A stretch of DNA of 64,000 bases from a virus (taxonomy: Duplodnaviria; Heunggongvirae; Uroviricota; Caudoviricetes), in IMG/VR virus record IMGVR_UViG_3300022660_000042; one strand, written 5' to 3'. Below the pieces are notes generated by a model. The model was not told where the DNA came from and searched no databases. It was given only the letters and a program-made list of their open reading frames with translations. A program made the position numbers and the translations under genes. Below are positions 15,790-23,696 of this stretch, in pieces. How positions within the stretch are numbered: the stretch's first letter is position 1; each line of letters starts with the position of its first letter.

Positions 15790-16112
15790 TTTCAAACACA
15801 CTGCCGGAATCCCGATTCTCCACCGGCCATGACGTCTATCAACTGCACATTCTATCGGTCGACTTCTTATAGGGTACAAACTCCGTCATCTAGCATTTTA
15901 TTGATCGTCTAGCTATATCAAACTCACAAAATACTCTTCATGCCACGCTGCTACATGAATTCAGCGCTCACTAAACGTAGTATACATCGATTTCTCTATA
16001 CAAGAGGTTTAGCTCAACGCGTTGTCAGGCCAGGGCACTTACGCATTCCCGAGTGTTATCCCAGCTCTTCAGTCTTAATGATGGTGCGTCCGTCAAAAAG
16101 CACACGCGCTTA
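15790..16112 (-). ncRNA. Candidate large ncRNA
   Basis: GC-richer, no credible ORF, own TATATAAT promoter at about 16117-16130. Confidence 0.45.
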
Positions 16113-16139
16113 AGTATATTATATATAAAAAATTTCGTA

Positions 16140-16460
16140 TGCTTACAGGCGTCCTAATTGCAAGGACCGATTAAGGAGCACAACAGGTGGTTAACCCAGA
16201 GTTTCTCTCCGCTCACTCTTATTTCAAGTGGCCTCACGTGGCATATTTTAGTAGAGCCAATACTACACCTCTGCGACCATCATTCTGGTATTCATCTAGT
16301 TCGCAGAGACAGATTCCTCATCCCAGAGTTTTCCCCATCTGGGTTAGCCCGTTAGCATGAAATCAAGAATGATGCAACACGGGTTCTACTCACATACGAA
16401 ATTCATCTCTCTCCAAAAATTTCAATCTTCCGAGACACTCGGTGGTAGTCTCAATCATTT
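16140..16460 (-). ncRNA. Candidate large ncRNA
   Basis: Several hairpins (CCCAGA/TCTGGG, CTCTGCGA/TCGCAGAG, AACCCG/CGGGCT); promoter at about 16471-16499. Confidence 0.45.
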
Positions 16461-16532
16461 ACGTTATATAATATAGTAAATGTTTTTGCGTTTGTCAACC
16501 CCTTTTTATAAAAAATTTTTATTTATCCGGGC

Positions 16533-16710
16533 TTATTTTTCAATATCAATAATTTGTTGTGCAGCAATTTCAGGTTCTATACCAGCATTATAGCAAGAAT
16601 CAATTTCTTTTTCATAACTTTCTGCATAAACATCATAATCAATCGATGTGCAATAGCCAAATCCTATACAGATTAAACCTTTAACTTTTTCAAAGTATAC
16701 ATCTCTATCC
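16533..16710 (-). CDS. hypothetical protein
   Basis: Likely start MDRDVYF within the track ORF. Confidence 0.5.
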
Positions 16711-16737
16711 ATTATTATATTCCGGGGGGTTTTATTT

Positions 16738-16956
16738 TTACCAATGTTTATACGGTTCTTCGTCAAATCTTGGTCGTCCATTAGATACTTCAATCCCATG
16801 TTCATCCAAGAGCTTCAAAAGATGCTTGGCAAAGCGTAACTGCGAATTCATAAAGGCATAATCTGCATTTGCCCTATGCTCACGAGTATACTTTTCCATC
16901 TGGGAAATAAACGTAGGATCCAATTCTTCGTAATAATCAATTTTCTTCGTAGCCAT
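16738..16956 (-). CDS. hypothetical protein
   Basis: ORF track. Confidence 0.65.
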   Translation of the reverse strand: MATKKIDYYEELDPTFISQMEKYTREHRANADYAFMNSQLRFAKHLLKLLDEHGIEVSNGRPRFDEEPYKHW

Positions 16957-16959
16957 AAT

Positions 16960-17361
16960 TTATTCCTTCGGCAAAGAATTTACCCACTGGTTAAAAGCGG
17001 CATAAGCCTGAGAATCTGCAAATACCTGCAAACTGTGCTTGAATTCATCACTATGCTTAACCGGAATATCTTCATTGAGCGTAGCGAGCGGCTTAACACG
17101 TTTACAATCAAGATTCTTGTTCAAACCGATTTCAATAGTCTTCTGACCCAAAAGCTTCGCAATTTCCATATTGGCACTATTATCAAAATCAAAAATAATA
17201 CGAGTACCGGAATAGTGACCGCTGTCGATTCGCATTCCGTCAAACAAACCGTTTAAACCGAGACCACAATTACGACGTGTTCCGAAATTGGGTACTTGCT
17301 GACGGTAATATTCCATAACATCTTCAGATGTGATATGTTCTACTTGTTCGATTCGTACCAT
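16960..17361 (-). CDS. hypothetical protein
   Basis: ORF track. Confidence 0.7.
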   Translation of the reverse strand: MVRIEQVEHITSEDVMEYYRQQVPNFGTRRNCGLGLNGLFDGMRIDSGHYSGTRIIFDFDNSANMEIAKLLGQKTIEIGLNKNLDCKRVKPLATLNEDIPVKHSDEFKHSLQVFADSQAYAAFNQWVNSLPKE

Positions 17362-17429
17362 ATTGTTATTCCTTTTTGTTTATATGCATAATATAGAAAA
17401 AGGGCTGACTTTCGTCAACCCTTTTTATC

Positions 17430-17505
17430 TCTCCCCTCCTGGATTCGAACCAGGGTTATTTCTGCTTGTAGGGCAGACGCCATTAACCTGCTAGGCGAAG
17501 GAGAG
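17430..17505 (-). tRNA. tRNA-Val(TAC)
   Basis: Cloverleaf, loop CC-TAC-AA. Confidence 0.8.
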
Positions 17506-17509
17506 TTAA

Positions 17510-17568
17510 GGCGGGCAGTAGTTTTGCGATAATCCTAATTCATCTGTTAAATAGGAACTGCCGTTGCC
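17510..17568 (-). ncRNA. Structured module copy just 5' of tRNA-Val
   Basis: GGC-AAC-GGCAGT-TCCTAT...ACTGCC-C-GCC. Confidence 0.7.
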
Positions 17569-17781
17569 TAAAATCTTTTTGACTATATCTTCATAGTCTC
17601 TTAATTGGCAGCCACTCTCGGACATTCAGGTGACCCATCAAGATCTTCAATTATCAGTCCTGATTTCTTACGCTTAGAGTAAGAACTCTACTATTTGGTG
17701 CCTTCCGACATATAGCGTAAATCAACATAACGTATATAGCTATATGAAACTCGTTTCCTAGCGATCTTGCTAAACTTTTAG

Positions 17782-17854
17782 TAGCGGGGGTCGGACTCGA
17801 ACCGACGACTTCAAGGTTATGAGCCTTGCTTGCTAGCCACTGCATCACCCCGCG
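17782..17854 (-). tRNA. tRNA-Met(CAT), fMet-like acceptor
   Basis: CGCGGGG acceptor, loop CT-CAT-AA. Confidence 0.85.
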
Positions 17855-17997
17855 TCAATAAAACTCGAATGTACTGTTACTGGAGGTCTCTGATTATACC
17901 AGCTCTTCCCGCAGCTGACATCCCGTTGCTGCACCCGGCTTAGCATTATAAAGAGTCTGCAGCTTCTAAATAACGCCTAACAGTATATTATTTATAG

Positions 17998-18070
17998 CGC
18001 TGGAAGAGAGAATCGAACTCCCAACTGCCTGATTACAAATCAGGTCTTCTACCTATTGAAGTATTCCAGC
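17998..18070 (-). tRNA. tRNA-Thr(TGT)
   Basis: Cloverleaf. Confidence 0.9.
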
Positions 18071-18374
18071 AAAAGGTGTAATTGTGCTTGTCAAGCTTGG
18101 TTCGATCTAGTTATCTGCAAGTAATCCCAATCGGGTGCTTTACATTAACCTGCAACCATCATGTCCCTTCGCTCCAATTACAAGAGCGTTACGTTATTAA
18201 AGCTTACGCCACGGGTAACGAACCCCCTGCACTCATATTTATGGATTGCTCCACGCGTTGTGTTGGAACCCACGCTTCCGTTTTGACACCAGTGGAATAT
18301 TCCTGGGGTTTTACTTTCGGTTAAAGCAAGTAAGTAACTTTGAGGATCACAATGCAATCGACCCACAGGTTGTA

Positions 18375-18450
18375 TCGGCGTACCTGGATTCGAACCAGGG
18401 AAACCTCTTGATCCCAAATCAAGCGCTCTACCAGACTGAGCTACACACCG
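18375..18450 (-). tRNA. tRNA-Pro(TGG)
   Basis: C1-G72, A73. Confidence 0.9.
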
Positions 18451-18502
18451 CAAGTTTTTAAGGTGGTTCCACCACCAGCTGACTACAGCTATAACGTTTT
18501 AG

Positions 18503-18575
18503 CTGTCCTTCCTGGACTCAAACCAGGGACCAAGTGATTAACAGTCACCGACTCTACCTACTGAGCTAAAGGACA
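18503..18575 (-). tRNA. tRNA-Asn(GTT)
   Basis: Cloverleaf, G73. Confidence 0.9.
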
Positions 18576-18657
18576 ATGTTTTAATCATTCATTTACGTCG
18601 TATAATATAGTAAATTATGCTCCGTTTGTAAACCCCTTTAATTAAAAAAATTTTTAA

Positions 18658-19383
18658 TCAACTGAGTTTTTCTTTAATACTTTCCCAAGTTAAATTGTTT
18701 TTATCCAATATGATTATTCGTATTCCATTCTGTTGTTGTACAATCGCAATCTTTTCAACATCAGTAATACCAAATTTTTTAGTTTTATTATTTATTAAAT
18801 AATCATTTTTTGGATCTAGATATACATCATATTCAGGAAGGTAAAAATCAGGATAATAACGATGTTTTATACCTTTAGTATCTTCCCAAATAAAATATGT
18901 AGGTCTTTCCCATTTTACTTGGTTTTCATCAAGCGTTTTTGCTACCTCAAATTCATATGTAGAATCAAGACTTGTTCCTTTATATTCTATAGTTTTTGAA
19001 GTATGCCAACCACCTAAATGACGTTCAAATGCAATTTCTCTCAGTTTTTGTTTATGCTCTTCAGATTGCGGATGACTAAAAATTCGTTTTCCTTCATCAG
19101 TTCCTTTATAACGCTCTGAAAATGTTTCACCTTGTTTCCTTACGCGTTCATCACTATCTTTAGTTAATCCTTTATTCCAAGCATAACTACCCGGAGCTAA
19201 TTTTCTTTTACCATTTTCATCTATAATATATTTTTGACTAGTTTTAATAGTATTTAAATCACATTCCTTTTTATGTTCATTTAAAAGACGTCTAGTCCTA
19301 AATATATTTTGACAAAATGGGCAAATCCAATTATTATATGCATTTGCTTGTTCTCTAACAACTTTATATCTACAATTTTTCAT
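18658..19383 (-). CDS. Putative homing endonuclease (Zn finger + NUMOD-like + PD-(D/E)xK domain)
   Basis: CPFC..H, WNKGLTK, DSTYEFEVAKTLD..RYYPDFYLPEYDVYLDPK; TATAAATA at 19388-19395. Confidence 0.75.
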   Translation of the reverse strand: MKNCRYKVVREQANAYNNWICPFCQNIFRTRRLLNEHKKECDLNTIKTSQKYIIDENGKRKLAPGSYAWNKGLTKDSDERVRKQGETFSERYKGTDEGKRIFSHPQSEEHKQKLREIAFERHLGGWHTSKTIEYKGTSLDSTYEFEVAKTLDENQVKWERPTYFIWEDTKGIKHRYYPDFYLPEYDVYLDPKNDYLINNKTKKFGITDVEKIAIVQQQNGIRIIILDKNNLTWESIKEKLS

Positions 19384-19425
19384 ATTGTATTTATATGAGT
19401 TGGTAGAGCAGTTGTTTATTTTTTA

Positions 19426-19496
19426 CGCTTCCACCTGGACTCGAACCAAGAAATCCGGACTACTAAACCGGCATTTTACCATTGAATTATAGAAGC
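19426..19496 (-). tRNA. tRNA-Thr(AGT)
   Basis: Loop TT-AGT-AG; A34. Confidence 0.75.
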
Positions 19497-19505
19497 TAAA
19501 AATTT

Positions 19506-19573
19506 GGCGGGCCGTAAAACCTTTTGATTACCAATCAACTGCTCATCTGAGCTAAATAGGAACGACCTATGCC
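19506..19573 (-). ncRNA. T-armless tRNA-Thr(GGT)-like RNA closed by the structured module
   Basis: GGC-ATA-GGTCGT-TCCTAT-T-TAGCTCAGATGAGC-A-GTTGA-TTGGTAA-TCAAA...ACGGCC-C-GCC. Confidence 0.65.
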
Positions 19574-19577
19574 ATTA

Positions 19578-19660
19578 TCAGGGTAGCAGGATTCGAACCT
19601 GCGATGTCACGAGGACGCTAGCTCCCGAAGCTAGTGGCAAACCAACCTGCCGCTACCCTG
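19578..19660 (-). tRNA. tRNA-Pro(CGG) with a long variable arm
   Basis: C1-G72, A73; variable region CGTCCTCGTGACATC. Confidence 0.8.
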
Positions 19661-19674
19661 TTTTAATTTGTTCG

Positions 19675-19747
19675 TCAGAGTGGCTGGGCTCGAACCAGCG
19701 ACCCCTCGCATCCTAGGCGAGCTCTCTACCAACTGAGTTACACTCTG
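19675..19747 (-). tRNA. tRNA-Pro(AGG)
   Basis: C1-G72, A73, loop CT-AGG-AT. Confidence 0.85.
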
Positions 19748-20518
19748 TTATTCAAACACATTTACCAAATTTTTATTTGGTAAAAAATGCTTACGTTTTT
19801 GTTCATCATGTTTACTATAGATTGGAATATATTTTTTAAACTTATTATGTAAAGCAATTTTAGATATTCCAAGTTCAATAGCCATATCTTCTAGTTTGTT
19901 ATAATTACCAGAATGATATTTATTCCATAACTTTTCAGCCAATATTTTTCCATTATCATGAAGTAATTTTATCCAAGCAGCTTTATTTATTGTTATACTA
20001 TACTTACCAGATTTTTTTACTTTAATAATACTAGTTTCTCCATGAAAAAGATTTCGACCTTCAATCCAAAATGGTTCTAGTGGTTTTTCTTTAAACTTTT
20101 TAGATTCTCCAGTATTACGATTTGTATACCATTTAGTTCCAAATTGTGAATTTCTTTTTCCTGATTGGCTTATACTTGTTAATTTACTTATTGCCGTAGA
20201 AAATTCAATTCTTAATTTTTCATAAACACGCGAATTAATATATCGTTTATGATTTTCATTAATACCTTGCATTCTCCATAATGCACATAACATTTTATTT
20301 CTTTCAATAGTTCCTTTCTCATACATTTTAACAAGTAACCAATGACAGATAAAATGTTCTCTAGCAGTTAACTTAACAAGATTTTCTTTTTCGTTAGTTC
20401 CTCCTAATGATTTAGGTTGAATATGATGTTTTTCAAAATAACCTAAACTTCGCTTCCCATTTTCATTCTCCGTTTTTGCTTTTTCAATTATTTTATAATA
20501 TATGTTTTTGTAATTCAT
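19748..20518 (-). CDS. HNH homing endonuclease
   Basis: EKHHIQPKSLGG..NLVKLTAREHFICHWLL; NUMOD-like SQFGTKW. Confidence 0.9.
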   Translation of the reverse strand: MNYKNIYYKIIEKAKTENENGKRSLGYFEKHHIQPKSLGGTNEKENLVKLTAREHFICHWLLVKMYEKGTIERNKMLCALWRMQGINENHKRYINSRVYEKLRIEFSTAISKLTSISQSGKRNSQFGTKWYTNRNTGESKKFKEKPLEPFWIEGRNLFHGETSIIKVKKSGKYSITINKAAWIKLLHDNGKILAEKLWNKYHSGNYNKLEDMAIELGISKIALHNKFKKYIPIYSKHDEQKRKHFLPNKNLVNVFE

Positions 20519-20573
20519 ATATTATATATAATTTTTCATTTCCCGAACTTGCAGAATACAAGTTAACAGTTAA

Positions 20574-20657
20574 CTGATAGGGTTGGATTCGAACCAACGG
20601 CGGGCTTTCGCCAACGGCTTAACAGGCCGCCCCCTGCTACCACTCGGGTACCTACCA
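20574..20657 (-). tRNA. tRNA-Asn(GTT) with a Tyr-like body and long variable arm
   Basis: CCCGAGTGG D arm, loop CT-GTT-AA, variable TGGCGAAAGCCCGCC, G73. Confidence 0.8.
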
Positions 20658-20666
20658 ATAATTTAG

Positions 20667-20746
20667 CTGACTACAACGGACTCGAACCAATATCTCTTCT
20701 CTATGCATCGAGAAGCGCTCTGACCAAAAAATTGAGCTAGTAGCCA
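20667..20746 (-). tRNA. Atypical tRNA-like gene with a 10-nt anticodon loop
   Basis: CTTCT-CGATGCATAG-AGAAG; weak T stem. Confidence 0.5.
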
Positions 20747-20786
20747 AAAATAAAAAATCCTGTAAGTTTTTATATCTTACAGGATT
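20746..20786 (-). terminator. Attenuator terminator 4
   Basis: AATCCTGTAAG-loop-CTTACAGGATT + T-tract. Confidence 0.9.
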
Positions 20787-20821
20787 CGTTTAAATTCTCG
20801 TTTTATTCGATGAACCAAAAA

Positions 20822-20884
20822 CTAATCCTGTAGTACCTCAGGGTTATTCGGATTGACGGTATTTGTGTTCATCGTGAAAGTCAT
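20822..20884 (-). CDS. Putative attenuator leader peptide MTFTMNTNTVNPNNPEVLQD (not in ORF track)
   Basis: 5 Asn, 4 Thr, 2 Pro, 2 Val, 2 Met; CTACAGGATT at 20824-20833 is complementary to the terminator 5' arm. Confidence 0.88.
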   Translation of the reverse strand: MTFTMNTNTVNPNNPEVLQD

Positions 20885-21004
20885 TTTGTTTTCTCTCTTT
20901 TAATATTATATATAAAAATTTTTTTGTTGTTTTTGCTTTTTGTTTTAACGTTGTTAAATATAGTAAAGTTTTTTCCTTTTGTAAACCCCTAAAAAGATTT
21001 TTTT

Positions 21005-21562
21005 TTAAAGGTCAGGTTGTCTTTCTGCTTCTTCTGCCATTTTCTCAAGTTTGTTATTCAGCAGGCCGAATACAAGACCCAATACGCCGCCGATAAAATG
21101 TGCACCATGGCCGATACCATCGTTGGCATTGATATTGGAAAGTTCAGGAATGAGCTTCAAGAGAATAAGCACGATACAAGTAAACGAGATTCCAGTATTT
21201 TCCTTACAGAAACAGTGAAGCAGGATAAACATAAAACAAATATCCGACATACCGATTCCTGCAACGTTACGTAACGAACCAACGTAACTTGTTGCCAGGG
21301 TGGTCAAGATAATCATAATTACAGTTCTGATAATTCCGTAACGACGTTCGATTACCGGACCAAGCAAGGCGATAATGAAAATATTTGACATCCAATGACT
21401 GGAAATATCAGCATGGACGAGGGTTGTAGTAATCCAAGTCCAGCTAAAATTTGAGGTCATTGTACATGCAGACTTCAATGCCGGAACAGCCGTAATGATA
21501 AAGCTACTGATAATGAGGACTGCAGTGATAATTTCATTCTTGAAGAAGTTACTAATTTTCAT
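21005..21562 (-). CDS. Rhomboid-family intramembrane protease
   Basis: LVHADISSHWMSN, GIGMS, GHGAHFIGG; multiple TM segments. Confidence 0.8.
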   Translation of the reverse strand: MKISNFFKNEIITAVLIISSFIITAVPALKSACTMTSNFSWTWITTTLVHADISSHWMSNIFIIALLGPVIERRYGIIRTVIMIILTTLATSYVGSLRNVAGIGMSDICFMFILLHCFCKENTGISFTCIVLILLKLIPELSNINANDGIGHGAHFIGGVLGLVFGLLNNKLEKMAEEAERQPDL

Positions 21563-21614
21563 GACCTATAATATAGTAAAATAGGCCCAATTAGTAAATA
21601 CTTTTTATTTAGTC

Positions 21615-22364
21615 TTACTTCCAAAAACAGTAAAGACACTGATGTTTACATCTGGCCGGCTTTACATTAAGAATCTGTTTCTTGGCCAGACACATACAAT
21701 CACCTCGTTGCTTATTTTCTGGTTGACCATATTCTGAAATATCTACGCCAAGTATAGTCAGGTCAGCATAACTTGCGCAACCGATTTGTGTAACCAGGTT
21801 TGTACTGAACTTCTGTTCGGCACAGGATTCAAAAACAAATATGTCTTTGAAATTAGAAAGAGTATCTTCCACTTTCTGGAAATATTCATTAGACGCAGTG
21901 AACGTATTCCAAGGAACTGTAATAGTAGAATTCTTAGAAATACGTTCCTTTACATGGTTATACATATCAATCATGGAAATACGGCAACGGACCTTTTTCT
22001 TTATACTGACTAGATATGATTTCCACAGATTCAATACATTTACAGTATTATTTAAGATGTCGTCATTGAACGGCATGATAGGATCTACTCTGAGAACATA
22101 ATGAGAAATCGGAAAACCGCGTTCGATTAATTTCTTAAACTGTTCAAATTCATGTTCAGTAGATTTAACGTTTGGTTCAAGAACAGAATTTCCTTGTCCT
22201 GTAACAGTATGATGAAAAATTACCCTATCTTGGACGATGAGTAACTTTTCAATCATTTCATCGGAAAGTTCTTTAGAAATAATGATATTTGCTTCTAAGA
22301 GTTTTACTTCCCAATCAGAAACAAAACATGGGTCAAACGTTTCTGTTATTCCGATTTGTTTCAT
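21615..22364 (-). CDS. DUF1848-like protein
   Basis: VLRVDPI, C-terminal RGDCMC..CKHQCLYCFW; start set to MKQIGITE. Confidence 0.6.
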   Translation of the reverse strand: MKQIGITETFDPCFVSDWEVKLLEANIIISKELSDEMIEKLLIVQDRVIFHHTVTGQGNSVLEPNVKSTEHEFEQFKKLIERGFPISHYVLRVDPIMPFNDDILNNTVNVLNLWKSYLVSIKKKVRCRISMIDMYNHVKERISKNSTITVPWNTFTASNEYFQKVEDTLSNFKDIFVFESCAEQKFSTNLVTQIGCASYADLTILGVDISEYGQPENKQRGDCMCLAKKQILNVKPARCKHQCLYCFWK

Positions 22365-22365
22365 T

Positions 22366-22809
22366 TTAATCCTTATAAAGCTGGTATTTCTTACTAAGTT
22401 TATGGCTGATTTCATCCGACAACGGTTTAAACCAGATTCCTACGCGACAACGACCAACACCGTTTTCATCAGTAAATTCCGGAGTAAGTTCAGTCTTACA
22501 TACATCGTCGATAAAACCATAATCAGTACCTTCAACAAGACCGAGTTCTTTAGCAATATCAACAACCTTCATCAAATGATTAAGGTTCTTTGCTTCACAA
22601 ATAGTCTTCGTGAAGATACCGTTAATATAATCTGACATTATATCATTGTCGATAACTATCGATACCAAAGTACCGGGACCGTCATTAAATGGTCTGTTTC
22701 CAGATTTGATAAGATTCATCCAGTAACATTCTGCACAATGCCCTATCATGGCGGCCAGTTTACCACCTGTAAGATGTAAATCTTTTCGAATAATAAATAA
22801 ACGTCTCAT
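22366..22809 (-). CDS. Peptidyl-tRNA hydrolase type 2 (Pth2)
   Basis: IIRKDLHLTGGKLAAMIGHCA, IDDVCKTE. Confidence 0.8.
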   Translation of the reverse strand: MRRLFIIRKDLHLTGGKLAAMIGHCAECYWMNLIKSGNRPFNDGPGTLVSIVIDNDIMSDYINGIFTKTICEAKNLNHLMKVVDIAKELGLVEGTDYGFIDDVCKTELTPEFTDENGVGRCRVGIWFKPLSDEISHKLSKKYQLYKD

Positions 22810-22821
22810 ATTAAAACCACT

Positions 22822-23169
22822 TTACTTCACATAGTTTTGTGAAATTATCTTTTTAGTTGTTGAATATTGGAATACTTTGATTTGACTTGGGTCATGTTTG
22901 TTATAAAACCTACAAGTGCTGCCAACGCCAAAAACAGTTTCTTCTTCCCAGTCTGCCGTAGGTAACAATGTACAGCGATTACCGCTATATTTAGGGCAAA
23001 TCTGGTACATATCATACTTACTATCTTCATCAATCTTATAGTTGATATAATATGCGAGACCACCGTTCAATACGGCAATACCCAGAATTATAATATATAT
23101 CGAACTATAATGACGAAAATGATCGCCAATAATATAAAACATATTTTTAAAACTATAACTCATAGCCAA
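22822..23169 (-). CDS. hypothetical membrane-anchored protein
   Basis: ORF track. Confidence 0.6.
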   Translation of the reverse strand: MAMSYSFKNMFYIIGDHFRHYSSIYIIILGIAVLNGGLAYYINYKIDEDSKYDMYQICPKYSGNRCTLLPTADWEEETVFGVGSTCRFYNKHDPSQIKVFQYSTTKKIISQNYVK

Positions 23170-23528
23170 TCCTTTATAGCGTTAAGAAACTTGATAAGTT
23201 CAGGCATAGAATAATATCTATCTTCGACATTCCCAATACAATAGGTATCAACACCGTTATCATATTGTTCGTTAATATTCCATGTATATTCAAACGGATG
23301 GTCTTCATGAACAAATACAGAAATATCATAACCGTGTCCGAAATCAAGCTTTACGGCATTTGAATATACCTGAGAAATCTTTGTAGGAAACTCAAGTTCC
23401 AAACGTTTCTTAAGAGTATCGACATTTGGTTTCAGTCGTTCTCTTTCAGCCTGAAGCTCTTTACCGTATTCCTCGATAACTTCATCCATACGGCGCTTTT
23501 CTTCTTCTGTTAATAATATTTCTTGCAT
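23160..23528 (-). CDS. hypothetical protein
   Basis: ORF track. Confidence 0.65.
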   Translation of the reverse strand: MQEILLTEEEKRRMDEVIEEYGKELQAERERLKPNVDTLKKRLELEFPTKISQVYSNAVKLDFGHGYDISVFVHEDHPFEYTWNINEQYDNGVDTYCIGNVEDRYYSMPELIKFLNAIKDWL

Positions 23529-23696
23529 TTGATTACCTTTTCAGTTGTTTAGGATCCTTCTTATCGAAATATTCCCAAATTTCGATATTAGATAGTTTTC
23601 GCTTAGTCTTGACATTTGTCTTATGCAACCACATAAAACAACGCAAGCGATTCAACTGGTGTTTTAACAGTTCAATTTCTTTATCTTTTTCATCCA

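Noticed and set aside
17580-17605. AGAGACTA and AAGATATAGTC resembling group I intron R and S elements
   Set aside because: They are adjacent and form a simple hairpin, with no room for P3/P8 and no P/Q elements.
15285-19562. TTAAATAG on the + strand resembling the pistol ribozyme hinge
   Set aside because: The pistol P1/pseudoknot topology is absent, and the strand is opposite to local transcription.
1050-19573. Repeated module as an HDV-like theta ribozyme (TCCT resembles L3; tRNA-associated)
   Set aside because: There is no P3 closing the TCCT loop and no P1/P1.1/P4 order; the module lies within or 5' of tRNAs rather than at 3' ends. A covariance-model test is still advisable.
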